A stretch of 64,000 nt of DNA from an uncultured Oligoflexia bacterium (lineage in GTDB: Bacteria > Bdellovibrionota > UBA1018 > CAYHWW01). The notes under the pieces are model-generated. The model did no database searches. It saw nothing but the letters and a program-made list of their open reading frames with translations, and was not told the DNA's origin. A program made the position numbers and the translations under genes. The stretch spans positions 15,269 through 79,268 of the forward strand of contig CAYYYP010000005.1 in the NCBI GenBank assembly GCA_964475985.1. Reading direction: 5' to 3'. Shown here piece after piece: positions 45,305 to 55,627 of the stretch. The first letter of the stretch is position 1. Every line of letters starts with the position of its first letter.

Positions 45305-46486
45305 ATGTTAAACATGCTCAATAATTTATCCCCTACAAGAAGTGCCGTGGTCCCCTGGGCCAAAGCCTGGTTACTGCTTACTTTAGCTTGTGCATTTACC
45401 GGCTGCGGCAAAGATGAGTTCGTAAAACAAGTTTACGAAACTAATAGTTCATCCCTAGGCGCCCAAGCGATCCCCGCGAAAACGGACATCCTTTTCGTAG
45501 TGGACAACTCGGCTTCCTTTACGACGGCCTATACAACCTTTCGAAACCAATTGAGTTCATTCGTAAATGGCTTAGTTTCTCAGGGCTGGGATTACCATAT
45601 GGCAAGCATCCCGACTCATTCCTACGATGGCGCGCAGATCAGGCTGCAACAGATACTTACGGACCCTTACCTAAATACTCCCCGCCTCGCTTCCGGTACA
45701 CCCAACCTAGGCTATACGGCTAATGGTGCCGTAACTGATCCAAGTCTTCTCATCACCAATCCTTCAAGCTTTCTTTTTCAATTCCCGGTGGTAACTAACT
45801 CAGCTTCCCTCGACTATGTTTTTCAGAACATCGATGCGGCCCTTTACGATTCCGCAAACCGTAACTCCCATTTCATTAGGAATGATTCCCTGGTCGTCAT
45901 CATCGTAATTTCAAATGGCAATGATTCTTCCGGTGATACCGTGAGCGCTTGGGCTAACCGCCTGACCTTGCGGGTCGATGCCCAAGGAAGAGGCCAACGG
46001 ATTAAATTTATCCCCCTAGTCTCCGGCAATTATGTTCCCCCGGCCTCCGGCGCATGCTGGGGTGAGGGTGCCCAGGCGGGCCTTCGCTACTTAAATATGG
46101 CAAATATTTTTAACCCTAACATCGCGTTTGATTTTTGTGGCGCAAGTTCCCAGGGGATCGAAAGCCTCATTGCTGGCCTGAATGCCCAATTACAGGCCGT
46201 GAAAAGAAATTTCGTAACACGCGCGATTTTCATTCCTTACGCTCCCGTAGCGTCTAGCATCGAAATCACAAAACTTACGCCTAACGGACGTGGTGGATAC
46301 ACCGAACAATCCATTCCTAAAAATGACGCTCGCAACGGTTGGACTTACGAAGGTTACCGCGCAAACGAGTACACCATCATCGATCCATTTCCGGCCAATC
46401 AAAGTACCGGTTACATGATTGAGCTCCATGGTACGGCCCAGCTTTCCGGAGACCAGACCTTCCGTATCAGCTACAGCCGTCAATAA
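45305..46486 (+). CDS. lipoprotein with a von Willebrand factor A-like domain
   Basis: ATG at 45305. The lipobox is LACAFTGC. A MIDAS-like DILFVVDNSASF follows. Confidence 0.5.
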   Translation: MLNMLNNLSPTRSAVVPWAKAWLLLTLACAFTGCGKDEFVKQVYETNSSSLGAQAIPAKTDILFVVDNSASFTTAYTTFRNQLSSFVNGLVSQGWDYHMASIPTHSYDGAQIRLQQILTDPYLNTPRLASGTPNLGYTANGAVTDPSLLITNPSSFLFQFPVVTNSASLDYVFQNIDAALYDSANRNSHFIRNDSLVVIIVISNGNDSSGDTVSAWANRLTLRVDAQGRGQRIKFIPLVSGNYVPPASGACWGEGAQAGLRYLNMANIFNPNIAFDFCGASSQGIESLIAGLNAQLQAVKRNFVTRAIFIPYAPVASSIEITKLTPNGRGGYTEQSIPKNDARNGWTYEGYRANEYTIIDPFPANQSTGYMIELHGTAQLSGDQTFRISYSRQ

Positions 46487-46529
46487 TTTTCATTCAATAA
46501 TTTTTATATCTGCATTATCCTGAATAGAT

Positions 46530-47642
46530 ATGAGTCATAATGCCCTGATCGCCGTTGGCCTTTATGTCACCCTAATCGGTTTGCTGCTGATTCCCCAACT
46601 CGTGGGCGAAGATCCGGTGGAGCAGAAAACCCGAACGTTACCAAAAGCCATCACGAGGCTTTTCCCCCCGTCGGCCAGATGGGAGGCGCGCAGGCAGGCA
46701 CTTTTCCTCCTTGCCGTGTTTCTCGTTTCGATTGGGGTAGGCGAATTGGCATTGATGATCTCTCATCGCTGGCAAACAAAAATTCTTTCGCAAAATTTCT
46801 TAGCTCAATTTCGTATCGAAACTCCGGCCAGCCAGCTTGCTTTGACGATTGAGGAACCCACCGAAAAATTGTCTGAAACCACACCAGAAGGGCTAGAATT
46901 TAGACCCGCATCTGAAACCGTGCTTTGGGATCCGCTCAGTTTCTTAAGTTCCCTTGCCTATTTTGAGGAGTTTTCCCCGTCGGAAAAAATTTGGTTTTCC
47001 GAGCGCTTACCAAAACTATCCCTGCCCGATCTAAAACTTGAACCAAGACAAGCGGCGGTGGGCAGAGTTCCCCTGGAACTGCATATGGACCCCAGCGAAA
47101 AACTAGAAGACCTAAAGGCCGCCAAATTATTTCTCTCAAGACCCATCAGCCCGAAACTTTATCAAACCGAAGAAAAGCCGGTCTACGCCATTACCCCGTT
47201 AGCAAAAGCTAAGTTCATTGCGACCCTTAAAGCGCGCGATGAAAGGTGGGCGGCTTGGCTCATAAAAACTACGATGACGCTGCTGATCTGGTCGCTTCTG
47301 CCCCTCACTCTAGCGTTGTTAAATTTCCTCTATCTAAAGCGCTCCCATGACCTCTGCCGTAAAATCGAGGAATTTAAAAATCTTCACCAGCGTGGAATTC
47401 CCTGGCAGGCTTTGCCCGAAGCAAAACTAAAACTACAAAGCTTTTGGCTAAACTTTCGGCACGGGCCCCATACTTATCGCTGTAAAATAAAAGTAAGCTC
47501 ACCTCCGGCATTAGGTAAAGCCACTAAGGAAGTGGGATTAGTGTATTACCGCGGAACGGAAAAACAACCTAAAGGCCGTTTTCTAAGGACTGAGAACTTA
47601 CAAGTTTTTATACCCGATGCAGCCATTGCCGACTTGCACTAG
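46530..47642 (+). CDS. hypothetical membrane protein
   Basis: 370 aa with about three hydrophobic helices. No domain recognised. Confidence 0.4.
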   Translation: MSHNALIAVGLYVTLIGLLLIPQLVGEDPVEQKTRTLPKAITRLFPPSARWEARRQALFLLAVFLVSIGVGELALMISHRWQTKILSQNFLAQFRIETPASQLALTIEEPTEKLSETTPEGLEFRPASETVLWDPLSFLSSLAYFEEFSPSEKIWFSERLPKLSLPDLKLEPRQAAVGRVPLELHMDPSEKLEDLKAAKLFLSRPISPKLYQTEEKPVYAITPLAKAKFIATLKARDERWAAWLIKTTMTLLIWSLLPLTLALLNFLYLKRSHDLCRKIEEFKNLHQRGIPWQALPEAKLKLQSFWLNFRHGPHTYRCKIKVSSPPALGKATKEVGLVYYRGTEKQPKGRFLRTENLQVFIPDAAIADLH

Positions 47643-47646
47643 AAGA

Positions 47647-48321
47647 CTAGTCGATAATATTTGTAATTTTCGGGGCCAATGAAAACTCAGCTCCCGTAAA
47701 CCTTTTGATCTCATCTAAGCTTACATCCTTGGCTTTTTCCTTAAGAACCAAACCTTCCGCGGTGACATCAAACACGGCATATTCCGTAACGATCATATGC
47801 ACACATCGTTTTCCCGTAAGCGGAAGGGTGCACTTTTTCAAAATCTTGCTGCTCCCATCTTTGGCAATATGTTGCATGGCCACGATGACCCGTTTGGCTC
47901 CAGCCACCAAGTCCATGGCGCCCCCCATTCCTTTAATGAGTTTGCCCGGCACCATCCAATTCGCGAGATTTCCTTCTTGATCTACTTCCATGGCGCCAAG
48001 GACCGTTAAATCCACGTGACCGCCGCGGATCATAGCAAAGGAATCAGCGCTACTGAAATAGGCCGCCCCCGGCAGCGCGGTAACCGTTTGTTTTCCGGCG
48101 TTGATGAGGTCTGCATCAACCTTGTCTTCGGTAGGAAAGGGACCTAATCCAAGTAGCCCATTTTCTGACTGAAGAATGACCTTCACACCATCAGGAATGT
48201 AATTGGCCACGAGCGTTGGCATTCCGATGCCGAGATTCACATAAAATCCGTCCCGCAATTCTCTAGCGATACGTTGACAGATTTGTTCGCGACTTAAACC
48301 TTTGGGAATTTGCGTTTCCAT
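47647..48321 (-). CDS. scoB: 3-oxoacid CoA-transferase subunit B
   Basis: ATG at 48321 (METQIP). The catalytic-Glu region is [10 protein letters not shown]. It is colinear with AtoA/ScoB. Confidence 0.8.
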   Translation of the reverse strand: METQIPKGLSREQICQRIARELRDGFYVNLGIGMPTLVANYIPDGVKVILQSENGLLGLGPFPTEDKVDADLINAGKQTVTALPGAAYFSSADSFAMIRGGHVDLTVLGAMEVDQEGNLANWMVPGKLIKGMGGAMDLVAGAKRVIVAMQHIAKDGSSKILKKCTLPLTGKRCVHMIVTEYAVFDVTAEGLVLKEKAKDVSLDEIKRFTGAEFSLAPKITNIID

Positions 48322-48343
48322 ATTCGCCCTCAGCTTTCTTTGG

Positions 48344-49042
48344 TTAACGGGTTGACACGGTTCTTTGCTCAATCCGTTTTTCAAATTTTTCACCTTGAAA
48401 AATTCGTTGGACGTAAATTCCCGGTGTGTGGATTTGGTCGGGATCAAGTTCTCCCACCTCCACAAGTTGTTCTACTTCCGCGATGGTGATTTTACCGGCC
48501 GTTGCTACCATGGGATTAAAGTTTCGTGCCGTCTTCCGGTAAATCAGATTCCCAAGTTTATCGCCTTTCCAGGCTTTAACGATGGCGAAATCTCCTAAAA
48601 TACCCCGCTCAAGAATATATTCACGATCGCCAAATTTTTTTGACTCCTTGCCTTCCGCCACCACCGTGCCTACGCCCGTGGCGGTAAAAAAAGCCGGAAT
48701 TCCGGCGCCACCGGCACGTATGCGTTCCGCCAAAGTCCCTTGGGGTACTAACTCCACCTCAAGTTCACCCGAAAGCAATTGATGCTCAAAAGTTTTGTTT
48801 TCCCCTACATAACTTGAGACCATTTTTTTTATTTGATGATTTCGCAATAAAAGACCTAAACCAAAATCATCGACTCCGCAGTTATTGCTCACCACCGTAA
48901 GACCATTGATATTGCGTTTAGCCAGGGCAGCAATGGAATTTTCCGGGATGCCACACAAACCAAAACCGCCCACCACCAAGACTGCGCCCGAAGGGATATC
49001 GGCTACGGCACTCACTGCATCCTTTACGATTTCACAAGCCAT
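48344..49042 (-). CDS. scoA: 3-oxoacid CoA-transferase subunit A
   Basis: 232 aa with [10 protein letters not shown]. It is colinear with AtoD/ScoA. Confidence 0.8.
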   Translation of the reverse strand: MACEIVKDAVSAVADIPSGAVLVVGGFGLCGIPENSIAALAKRNINGLTVVSNNCGVDDFGLGLLLRNHQIKKMVSSYVGENKTFEHQLLSGELEVELVPQGTLAERIRAGGAGIPAFFTATGVGTVVAEGKESKKFGDREYILERGILGDFAIVKAWKGDKLGNLIYRKTARNFNPMVATAGKITIAEVEQLVEVGELDPDQIHTPGIYVQRIFQGEKFEKRIEQRTVSTR

Positions 49043-49056
49043 GCTGACCCCCTTTT

Positions 49057-50241
49057 TTAATCCATCGACTCCAGCGTCAGCGCCGTTGCTTCACCACCAC
49101 CAATGCAAATGGCCGCAAGCCCACGCCTTTGCTTCAAAGTCCTTAATGCGTGGGTGAGCGTCACCACAAGCCTTGCGCCGCTGGCTCCGATGGGATGGCC
49201 CAAACTTACACCTGAACCAAATACATTTAATTTATCGTGTGGAATCTTAAGTTCACGCATGGAAGCCATGGCCACAAGGGCAAACGCCTCATTCACTTCC
49301 CATAAATCAACTTCCGTTTCCGCCCATCCGGCCTTCTGCAAAACCTTCCGACTAGCCTCAATGGGCGCCGTGGTGAACCATTCGGGCGCTTGGGCGTGAC
49401 TCGCGTAGGCCGTGATCTTAGCCAAGGGTTTTAAATTATATTTTTTTACTGCGCGTTCAGAAGCTAACAACACGGCGGCCGCCCCATCATTGATGGTACT
49501 CGCGTTGGCTGCGGTAACCGTACCGTCTTTACTGAAGGCGGGCGAGAGTTTCGGCATCTTATCAAACTGCGCTTTAGCCGGGCCTTCATCCTGAGAGAAT
49601 ACGACAGGATCGCCTTTCTTTTGTGGAATGGAAATCGGCGTAATTTCATTTTTGAAATAACCTTTTTCAATGGCGGCCTGGGCGCGCTTAAAACTTTCCA
49701 CGGCATAAGCATCTTGAGCTTCGCGTGAAAATCCCATCTCCTTTGCGCAAAGCTCTGCTGCATTGCCCATATGAAAATCGTTGTAAACATCCCAAAGCCC
49801 ATCTTTAATCATACCGTCAACCAGCACGGCTTGACCCATTTTGAATCCTTGGCGTGAACCTGGCAAATAATGCGGAACCTGGGACATGTTTTCCATTCCT
49901 CCCGCCATAACAATTTCCGCCTCGCCGGTTTCAATGGATTGAGCACCAAGCATGATGGCCTTCATTCCACTTCCACAAACTTTATTTATGGTCGTGCACG
50001 GAACGTGCGCCGGAAGACCCGCAAAAATAGCCGCCTGTCTTGCGGGAGCTTGCCCCAACCCCGCCGGCAGAACACAACCCATATAAACCTGTCCCACGTC
50101 CTCCCCCGGAATTTTTGCGTCTTGAAGTGCCGACTTCAAAGCGGCCGCGCCAAGCTTTGGCGCAGAAATATTCGCCAACCCACCTAAAAAACTTCCCACT
50201 GGCGTGCGCCGCGCAGCAACAATGTAAACGGATTGAATCAT
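49057..50241 (-). CDS. acetyl-CoA C-acetyltransferase (thiolase II)
   Basis: 394 aa with thiolase signatures ([38 protein letters not shown]). Confidence 0.9.
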   Translation of the reverse strand: MIQSVYIVAARRTPVGSFLGGLANISAPKLGAAALKSALQDAKIPGEDVGQVYMGCVLPAGLGQAPARQAAIFAGLPAHVPCTTINKVCGSGMKAIMLGAQSIETGEAEIVMAGGMENMSQVPHYLPGSRQGFKMGQAVLVDGMIKDGLWDVYNDFHMGNAAELCAKEMGFSREAQDAYAVESFKRAQAAIEKGYFKNEITPISIPQKKGDPVVFSQDEGPAKAQFDKMPKLSPAFSKDGTVTAANASTINDGAAAVLLASERAVKKYNLKPLAKITAYASHAQAPEWFTTAPIEASRKVLQKAGWAETEVDLWEVNEAFALVAMASMRELKIPHDKLNVFGSGVSLGHPIGASGARLVVTLTHALRTLKQRRGLAAICIGGGEATALTLESMD

Positions 50242-50324
50242 CTGAAAACTCCTTTGAAAAATGGGTGAGACTTAGTTGTCTGGAATGCAAATACGCTTGT
50301 CAAGATTTGAAAGTCCTACGCGGG

Positions 50325-50340
50325 CGATCTTCAAAGATCG
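50325..50340. promoter_or_regulatory. candidate operator palindrome in the thiolase / acidic-protein divergent intergenic region
   Basis: cgatctt-ca-aagatcg has perfect 7-bp inverted arms. It lies in the 180-bp intergenic region between the thiolase (minus strand) and the 50421 gene (plus strand). Confidence 0.3.
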
Positions 50341-50420
50341 TCAATAAATTCAAAGAATACATCCAAGAGCATCCTGCAAGACATTGACCTGTGGTGCGGG
50401 CTGTGTGACTCTTTAATTAC

Positions 50421-51245
50421 ATGGAACGTCGCAAAGACACCGAACTTCGTGGGGAAAGACTTCCTCGAGAATATCTTGACATCATATCAAGTGTATTTAC
50501 AAAAAATTTTTCCCCGAGGCTCCGTGGGCGCGGCAAAGAGCGCGAAGCCTTTGTAGTGTTCGGAGAAATTTATCCCGACGAAGTTTTAGTGGCCATCTCG
50601 CTTAAGAATCCTGGCAATCTGCGCATGACGACCTGTTATGCATCCATGGATTACCCGCCAGCGTCCCTAATGGGAGAAAGTGGTTCATCTCAGTTGATGG
50701 CCAAATCAACTTCCGAGGCCGTGCAAATGACGGTAAACACTTGCGTTGACGTCCTTGGTAGTTTTTTTCAAAGTTTTTTTGATGAGGACCGCCCCATTGA
50801 TTTTGAAACCGACCGCGGCACCGACTGGGGCGCAGTTGAGATCGATAAAACTACAAAAGTATATGTGCGCATCAATCGAGATAACTTGGAGCTAGAAGCG
50901 GCGTCGGATGAATTTATTGCCCAACATGAAGCCATGGAAGATCGCGCCATGCAGGTGCTAGGGGATGACCTGGCCCCTCAGGATGGCGAAATGCTAGAAG
51001 AGCCTGAGGCCGATGACGCCGATATAGAAGATAACGACGATCAAGATGTTTCGGGCGATTTCCTTGAAGAATCCGACGACGAAGTCGAAGACGAAGAGCC
51101 TTCGGATGAAGATGAAGATGAAGATGAAGATGAAGATTACGAAGAACCTTTGGCGAAAAAAGAACCTGAGAAAAAGACCACTGGCCCAGGTGTGAGCAAA
51201 GATTCGCCATCTCAAGCAAAAGCCAAAAAGCGAACCCTGAACTAA
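50421..51245 (+). CDS. hypothetical protein with an extremely acidic Asp/Glu-rich C-terminal half
   Basis: 274 aa. The C-terminus reads EPSDEDEDEDEDEDYEEP and is encoded in part by a (GATGAA)5 repeat at 51105-51134. Confidence 0.4.
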   Translation: MERRKDTELRGERLPREYLDIISSVFTKNFSPRLRGRGKEREAFVVFGEIYPDEVLVAISLKNPGNLRMTTCYASMDYPPASLMGESGSSQLMAKSTSEAVQMTVNTCVDVLGSFFQSFFDEDRPIDFETDRGTDWGAVEIDKTTKVYVRINRDNLELEAASDEFIAQHEAMEDRAMQVLGDDLAPQDGEMLEEPEADDADIEDNDDQDVSGDFLEESDDEVEDEEPSDEDEDEDEDEDYEEPLAKKEPEKKTTGPGVSKDSPSQAKAKKRTLN

Positions 51246-51293
51246 TAAAATTTACGGAAGTTCCTAGCGAATAAACCTGGCTCGGAGCTGATC

Positions 51294-51992
51294 TCAGCCG
51301 AAGCCAAAATCATCATCATCGTCAAATTCCGAGCGCTTAGCGGTGTCTATGATTTCCTCAACTCCGCCGGTATCCGTCTCGGATTCGAAATCTTCAGTGG
51401 CAGCCGATGTATCTTCAAACTCAAGCTCACCAACGACCTTGGCAAATTCTTTTTCACTCGCAAGATCGACACGAATGGTCTCAATATACTTATCCGGATA
51501 TTTGGACACGAGTTCCTCAATATAAATATCCAGGCGCTTTTCCTTAAGAATAGATTCTTTCTTTTTAATGCGCTTCCAGTTCTTAATGTAATGCAATCTG
51601 CAATAACGCAGAGTGCTCATGGGCAAATCGCAGCCTTCTTCGCGACAAATAGCGATGGAGGAAGTATAACTCGAACGACTTGGAGCCCGCGGAGTTTTTA
51701 AAGCCGGTTTTGAAACGGAATTATGATCATGTTTTGATAAATGGGAAGCATTTGAATTCATGGCTGCGCCTTGGGTTCCTTTGGATACTGACTTTCCTTT
51801 AGATGCCGCCTCAGCCTTAGATTTCAAATTTTTAGAAGTCTTGATCTTGAGATCCACGTTTGAATCTTTTGATTTTGAGCTTTTTGAAGTGTCTTTAGAA
51901 GATTTTAGGTTCTTAAGGGTTTGTTTCACTTTTTCTGCCGATGTCCTACTTTTTGCGAATTTTCCAGCTTTTGTATTTTGGTGATTACGCAT
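51294..51992 (-). CDS. hypothetical protein. It has a Lys/Ser-rich N-terminal tail, a Cys/His cluster, and an acidic C-terminus.
   Basis: 232 aa. The N-terminus reads KSSKDTSKSSKSKDS... It has CREEGCDLPMSTLRYCRLHY and ends DDDDDFGFG. Confidence 0.4.
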   Translation of the reverse strand: MRNHQNTKAGKFAKSRTSAEKVKQTLKNLKSSKDTSKSSKSKDSNVDLKIKTSKNLKSKAEAASKGKSVSKGTQGAAMNSNASHLSKHDHNSVSKPALKTPRAPSRSSYTSSIAICREEGCDLPMSTLRYCRLHYIKNWKRIKKKESILKEKRLDIYIEELVSKYPDKYIETIRVDLASEKEFAKVVGELEFEDTSAATEDFESETDTGGVEEIIDTAKRSEFDDDDDFGFG

Positions 51993-52075
51993 TTTGACAA
52001 CCCCTTAACTTTTTTTACCGCCACTTCAAACTAACCTTTTTTGGATTTAGGTTTCAGCTACACTAAAGTCAAGAA

Positions 52076-53071
52076 ATGAAATCCCCTATGTCCGAGAAAC
52101 CAACCGCTAAACGCCGCCCAAACCTAAAATTTATAGACCTTCACTTACACGGAGCGTTTGGCTGTGATTTTAGCCAACCAGATTCCAGAGGGCAGGTATT
52201 TCAAACTCTAGAAAAGCTTTATGAAAGTGGAGTCACGGCTTTTTGCCCGACTCTAATTTCATCTGATCAGTACGTCTTTTCCGCAGCCCTTAAGTTTTGG
52301 GGAAACTTTCTTCGGGAGTTTCGGGTAGGCTACCCAAATGCCTCAAAGTCAGCTTCAGCAAAACGCCTAAGCGTGCCCTTAGGATTACATTTAGAAGGTC
52401 CATTTTTAAGCCCTAAAAAAGCTGGCGCCCACCCCCAGGTTTTTTTGGAGGCCCCAAGCTTAAGTTTGCTCAAAAAATTTAAACGAGAAAGCCTGGATTC
52501 GCTTCGTATCTTAACTTTGGCGCCAGAACTCAAGAACGCACTTCAAGTCATCGCTTGGGCGGCAAAATCAAATATTCGGGTGCAACTTGGCCATTCCTGC
52601 GCCACCACGTCCCAGGCCCTAGCGGGTTTGCGCTCGGGAGCGACTGGCTTTACCCACCTTTTTAACGCCATGGATTTTCATCATCGCAATGCGGGACTAG
52701 TGGGAGCGTTTCTCTTTGCCGCCACCCGGGCAAACAAAATCGGTGCAGAAATTATTTGTGACGGACTCCATGTTGATCCCTTCCTTGCTTTCGGTTTGCT
52801 CCAAAAATATTCCCCCATTTTATATCCGGTAAGTGATGCCTGTTCACTTGCGGGCCATGGCAGTCATGAAGCCACTTTGGGGTCGCTGAAAGTTCACCGC
52901 AATGTAAGCAACCAAAACTTAGCCTTTGCCGATCGTCAGGGAAAGCTCCTCGCCGGCTCCGCCGTATTGTTGCCCGAGCATCCTAAGCTTTTAGCTGCCG
53001 CCATCGATTGTTCGGTAAAAGAGGTGGAACGGTTTTTTAAGCTTTCCAAAAGTTTGTTGCCATCGGCTTAA
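52076..53071 (+). CDS. amidohydrolase, N-acetylglucosamine-6-phosphate deacetylase-like
   Basis: A metal-binding N-terminus, IDLHLHGAFGCDF (the NagA HxH+G pattern). At 331 aa it is shorter than typical NagA. Confidence 0.5.
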   Translation: MKSPMSEKPTAKRRPNLKFIDLHLHGAFGCDFSQPDSRGQVFQTLEKLYESGVTAFCPTLISSDQYVFSAALKFWGNFLREFRVGYPNASKSASAKRLSVPLGLHLEGPFLSPKKAGAHPQVFLEAPSLSLLKKFKRESLDSLRILTLAPELKNALQVIAWAAKSNIRVQLGHSCATTSQALAGLRSGATGFTHLFNAMDFHHRNAGLVGAFLFAATRANKIGAEIICDGLHVDPFLAFGLLQKYSPILYPVSDACSLAGHGSHEATLGSLKVHRNVSNQNLAFADRQGKLLAGSAVLLPEHPKLLAAAIDCSVKEVERFFKLSKSLLPSA

Positions 53072-53193
53072 AGAATCGACGGTGCCCGTCACAAAACCTT
53101 AATAATTCGCCGTGACTCCCGCACCTCATAAATTAAATAAGTTTATATAAACTCCGTTCCAAATTTTGTCACTGCGTGTTAAGTCCGGCAACT

Positions 53194-53961
53194 ATGGGAT
53201 CTTTTTTTGATTCTAAAAGTATTAAGCCTTCGGTCATTTTACTCAGCAGTTTTTTTTGCAATTTCGTATTGGCGCAAGATCTACCCGGAAACCCGTTGCT
53301 GCGAAGCTGTACTTCCGCGCCAACCCCACTCACTGGTTTAGCCTCTCCTTGGAACGCCATTTCACCAGAACGCCACCCTTTGCACGAAGGCACTACTTTT
53401 CCGCAGATTTTCCTCCCGAATGAGCTGAATTTTAGCCATTTCGGCAGCCGTGCAGGCCGAACCAACTTACAGGAAACCCTCAGATTCATTTCCTTTGATC
53501 ATGTCCACGACTCATCCTTTTCCATCGTACATAACATTGCCGGAACGTCGGTAAGTCCTGCGCTTTACCTCACGGTAAGGTCCTTCATCAGCAGTTCTCT
53601 CAACATTTTTTTGATTCAATGTCCGGTACGAGAGACCCCTGGGGCTGGCAATTGCCAACGCATTCAACGAATCTTCCTGCAGACTTCTCCAACGCTTGAG
53701 CCCATAAGCATTGAAGTCGCGGCGTCCGTCTCGGCCATGGCCATTGATTTCTGCTGGACGGGACATGGCACCACGGTGTCGGCGGGCTTTTTGCCAGGGC
53801 CTAGGTTCAATGAGGCCTATATTCTAAATGCCGATCAGAAGCGTAGACATGTGGGAAGGCTTGCCACCCGCATAGTAGAACGCGTAGTGGGCGCCGTCCT
53901 CAGCCGCTTCCAAAATACGCCACCTAGTGCAGCGCCAAACCCGGCCGGGACCCCGCCATGA
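53194..53961 (+). CDS. hypothetical secreted protein
   Basis: The signal-like sequence is MGSFFDSKSIKPSVILLSSFFCNFVLAQD. Its stop overlaps the next start (ATGA). Confidence 0.4.
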   Translation: MGSFFDSKSIKPSVILLSSFFCNFVLAQDLPGNPLLRSCTSAPTPLTGLASPWNAISPERHPLHEGTTFPQIFLPNELNFSHFGSRAGRTNLQETLRFISFDHVHDSSFSIVHNIAGTSVSPALYLTVRSFISSSLNIFLIQCPVRETPGAGNCQRIQRIFLQTSPTLEPISIEVAASVSAMAIDFCWTGHGTTVSAGFLPGPRFNEAYILNADQKRRHVGRLATRIVERVVGAVLSRFQNTPPSAAPNPAGTPP

Positions 53962-55175
53962 AAAAATTAAAATCCGCCTGCGTTTTATTACTATTTTTTA
54001 TTTGTGCTGGTCTAGATGCATGGGCGCAAGCGCCCGACCTACCGATACCTGAAGCGTTTCTTATTGTGGTGCAACCTAGGCCTATTTTGATGGCGCGTTA
54101 CAGCGATAATCCCTTTCCTTTCCTGGGCCACACCGCCATTCTCGCTCACAACACCGAGGACCCAAACCAGGATAAGGTTTACGAGTATTTGCCCGAAAAT
54201 ACTGAAGCACTTTTTGATCACGGGCTTTTGCGAGGGTTTCGCACCCTGCTTGACCGAGACTTTCCCGCGCACTGGAAAGAATCATCACCCGCAAGTTTTC
54301 TCGCGAGCCATGAACTTAGGGGCCCTGAACTCAGTTTTTATCGCATTCAAATTGGAGACGTAGGAATTCAAGACGACCCGTCTGAGCGGCGCGCTTTTTT
54401 TGCGGAACTCGGATCTCTATGTGCTCACCCCCGGCCAGAAAATTTCCGGTTTACGCAGAACAACAATAATATTGGTTTATCAAATTTTCTGATCCGCCAT
54501 ACTAGCGATCGGGCGCTTATCAATATTCGCGGTCCCTTAGCCCAGGTTCAATACGGACCTCGTCGCCTCACGCGACGGCATGTTTTGGAAGCGGCCTTTG
54601 CCAATGCCCTACGATATTCATCAAACCAAACCATTCCCATTTATGCCGGAATTCTCAGGTCCGACCCCAGGGCGCAAAGGGACTCTACTTCCTTTTTCTC
54701 CTTCCCAACTACTCAAGACCTACGGGATCAAATTCTTCGCGCCGAAAGGCTGGCGTTTGCCCCCCTTCTACGGGCGGGCCAGGGCAATGCCAGAGATTTC
54801 CTGCCAACCTATTATCAAAGCGAATCGGCCAGCGTTCGCGCCTGGACGGAATTTTCATTTTTTGCATCGGAAACTAGTCTTAGAATCATTCGCAGGGCCC
54901 AAGGATTTACCAACCCCTCCAGTAGGCTTCCGGAGGTTGGTAGTCCCGTTAGTTTTGGCGGATTACAAACTTTAGGTCAGTTGCTTGAGGTGAATCTCCT
55001 CCAAGAACTACGCTCGCCCCTTCCGCTCCCCGTAGAACAAACGTTTTTTTCGTCCCCTTGGCTTGAGCAAGTGTTACGTGAGCAAGGGGCAATCCACTCC
55101 ATAACCCTAGATGAAGCGGAAAATCTAAGGTCAGGGTTTGATATCGACGCCTTAATGCCCGCAGGCTTTCTCTAA
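53958..55175 (+). CDS. hypothetical secreted protein
   Basis: Signal peptide MKKLKSACVLLLFFICAGLDAWAQA. The protein is 405 aa. Confidence 0.4.
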   Translation: MKKLKSACVLLLFFICAGLDAWAQAPDLPIPEAFLIVVQPRPILMARYSDNPFPFLGHTAILAHNTEDPNQDKVYEYLPENTEALFDHGLLRGFRTLLDRDFPAHWKESSPASFLASHELRGPELSFYRIQIGDVGIQDDPSERRAFFAELGSLCAHPRPENFRFTQNNNNIGLSNFLIRHTSDRALINIRGPLAQVQYGPRRLTRRHVLEAAFANALRYSSNQTIPIYAGILRSDPRAQRDSTSFFSFPTTQDLRDQILRAERLAFAPLLRAGQGNARDFLPTYYQSESASVRAWTEFSFFASETSLRIIRRAQGFTNPSSRLPEVGSPVSFGGLQTLGQLLEVNLLQELRSPLPLPVEQTFFSSPWLEQVLREQGAIHSITLDEAENLRSGFDIDALMPAGFL

Positions 55176-55496
55176 ATCTTTTTGATGATCACGGTAACAT
55201 TCCGAGTACTCAGCCTGGGTAAACTGCGCATTTCTTAAATTTTTACAGTGTTTGCGAACGCTCGCTTGGCAGGCTGGAGTGATACGTTCTAAATATTTTA
55301 CATTTGGAGCGTTAGTGTTGCCGCAAGCAGCGCCAATGATTTTGATAAGTTTTAAACATTCCTGGAATTTGGGGTTATCCGAAGTTAGATTTTTACAACT
55401 TTTATCGTAGTTTAACGACGCTTCTTGGCAAGCTGGGCTGAGGGCCGCAGAGGAAATCTGAACGCCGATCGTGAGGGCCAGAAGAATCATAACCAT
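55152..55496 (-). CDS. small secreted Cys-rich protein with an internal two-fold duplication
   Basis: The signal-like sequence is MVMILLALTIGVQISSAALS. Two roughly 38-aa modules follow, each with 4 Cys (C-x10-C-x12-C-x10-C and C-x7-C-x15-C-x11-C). The DNA also shows the duplicated unit. Confidence 0.4.
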   Translation of the reverse strand: MVMILLALTIGVQISSAALSPACQEASLNYDKSCKNLTSDNPKFQECLKLIKIIGAACGNTNAPNVKYLERITPACQASVRKHCKNLRNAQFTQAEYSECYRDHQKDLEKACGH

Positions 55497-55627
55497 TTTC
55501 TTTAGAAATGTTTGAGCACCATATATGAGATTAGCCATACTCAAATGTTAAACTAAAACCCGGCTCAAGCATAAGCTCTGAATAAACTTGACTTATACAC
55601 TCAACTCATGATGAAAAGCGCAATTCT

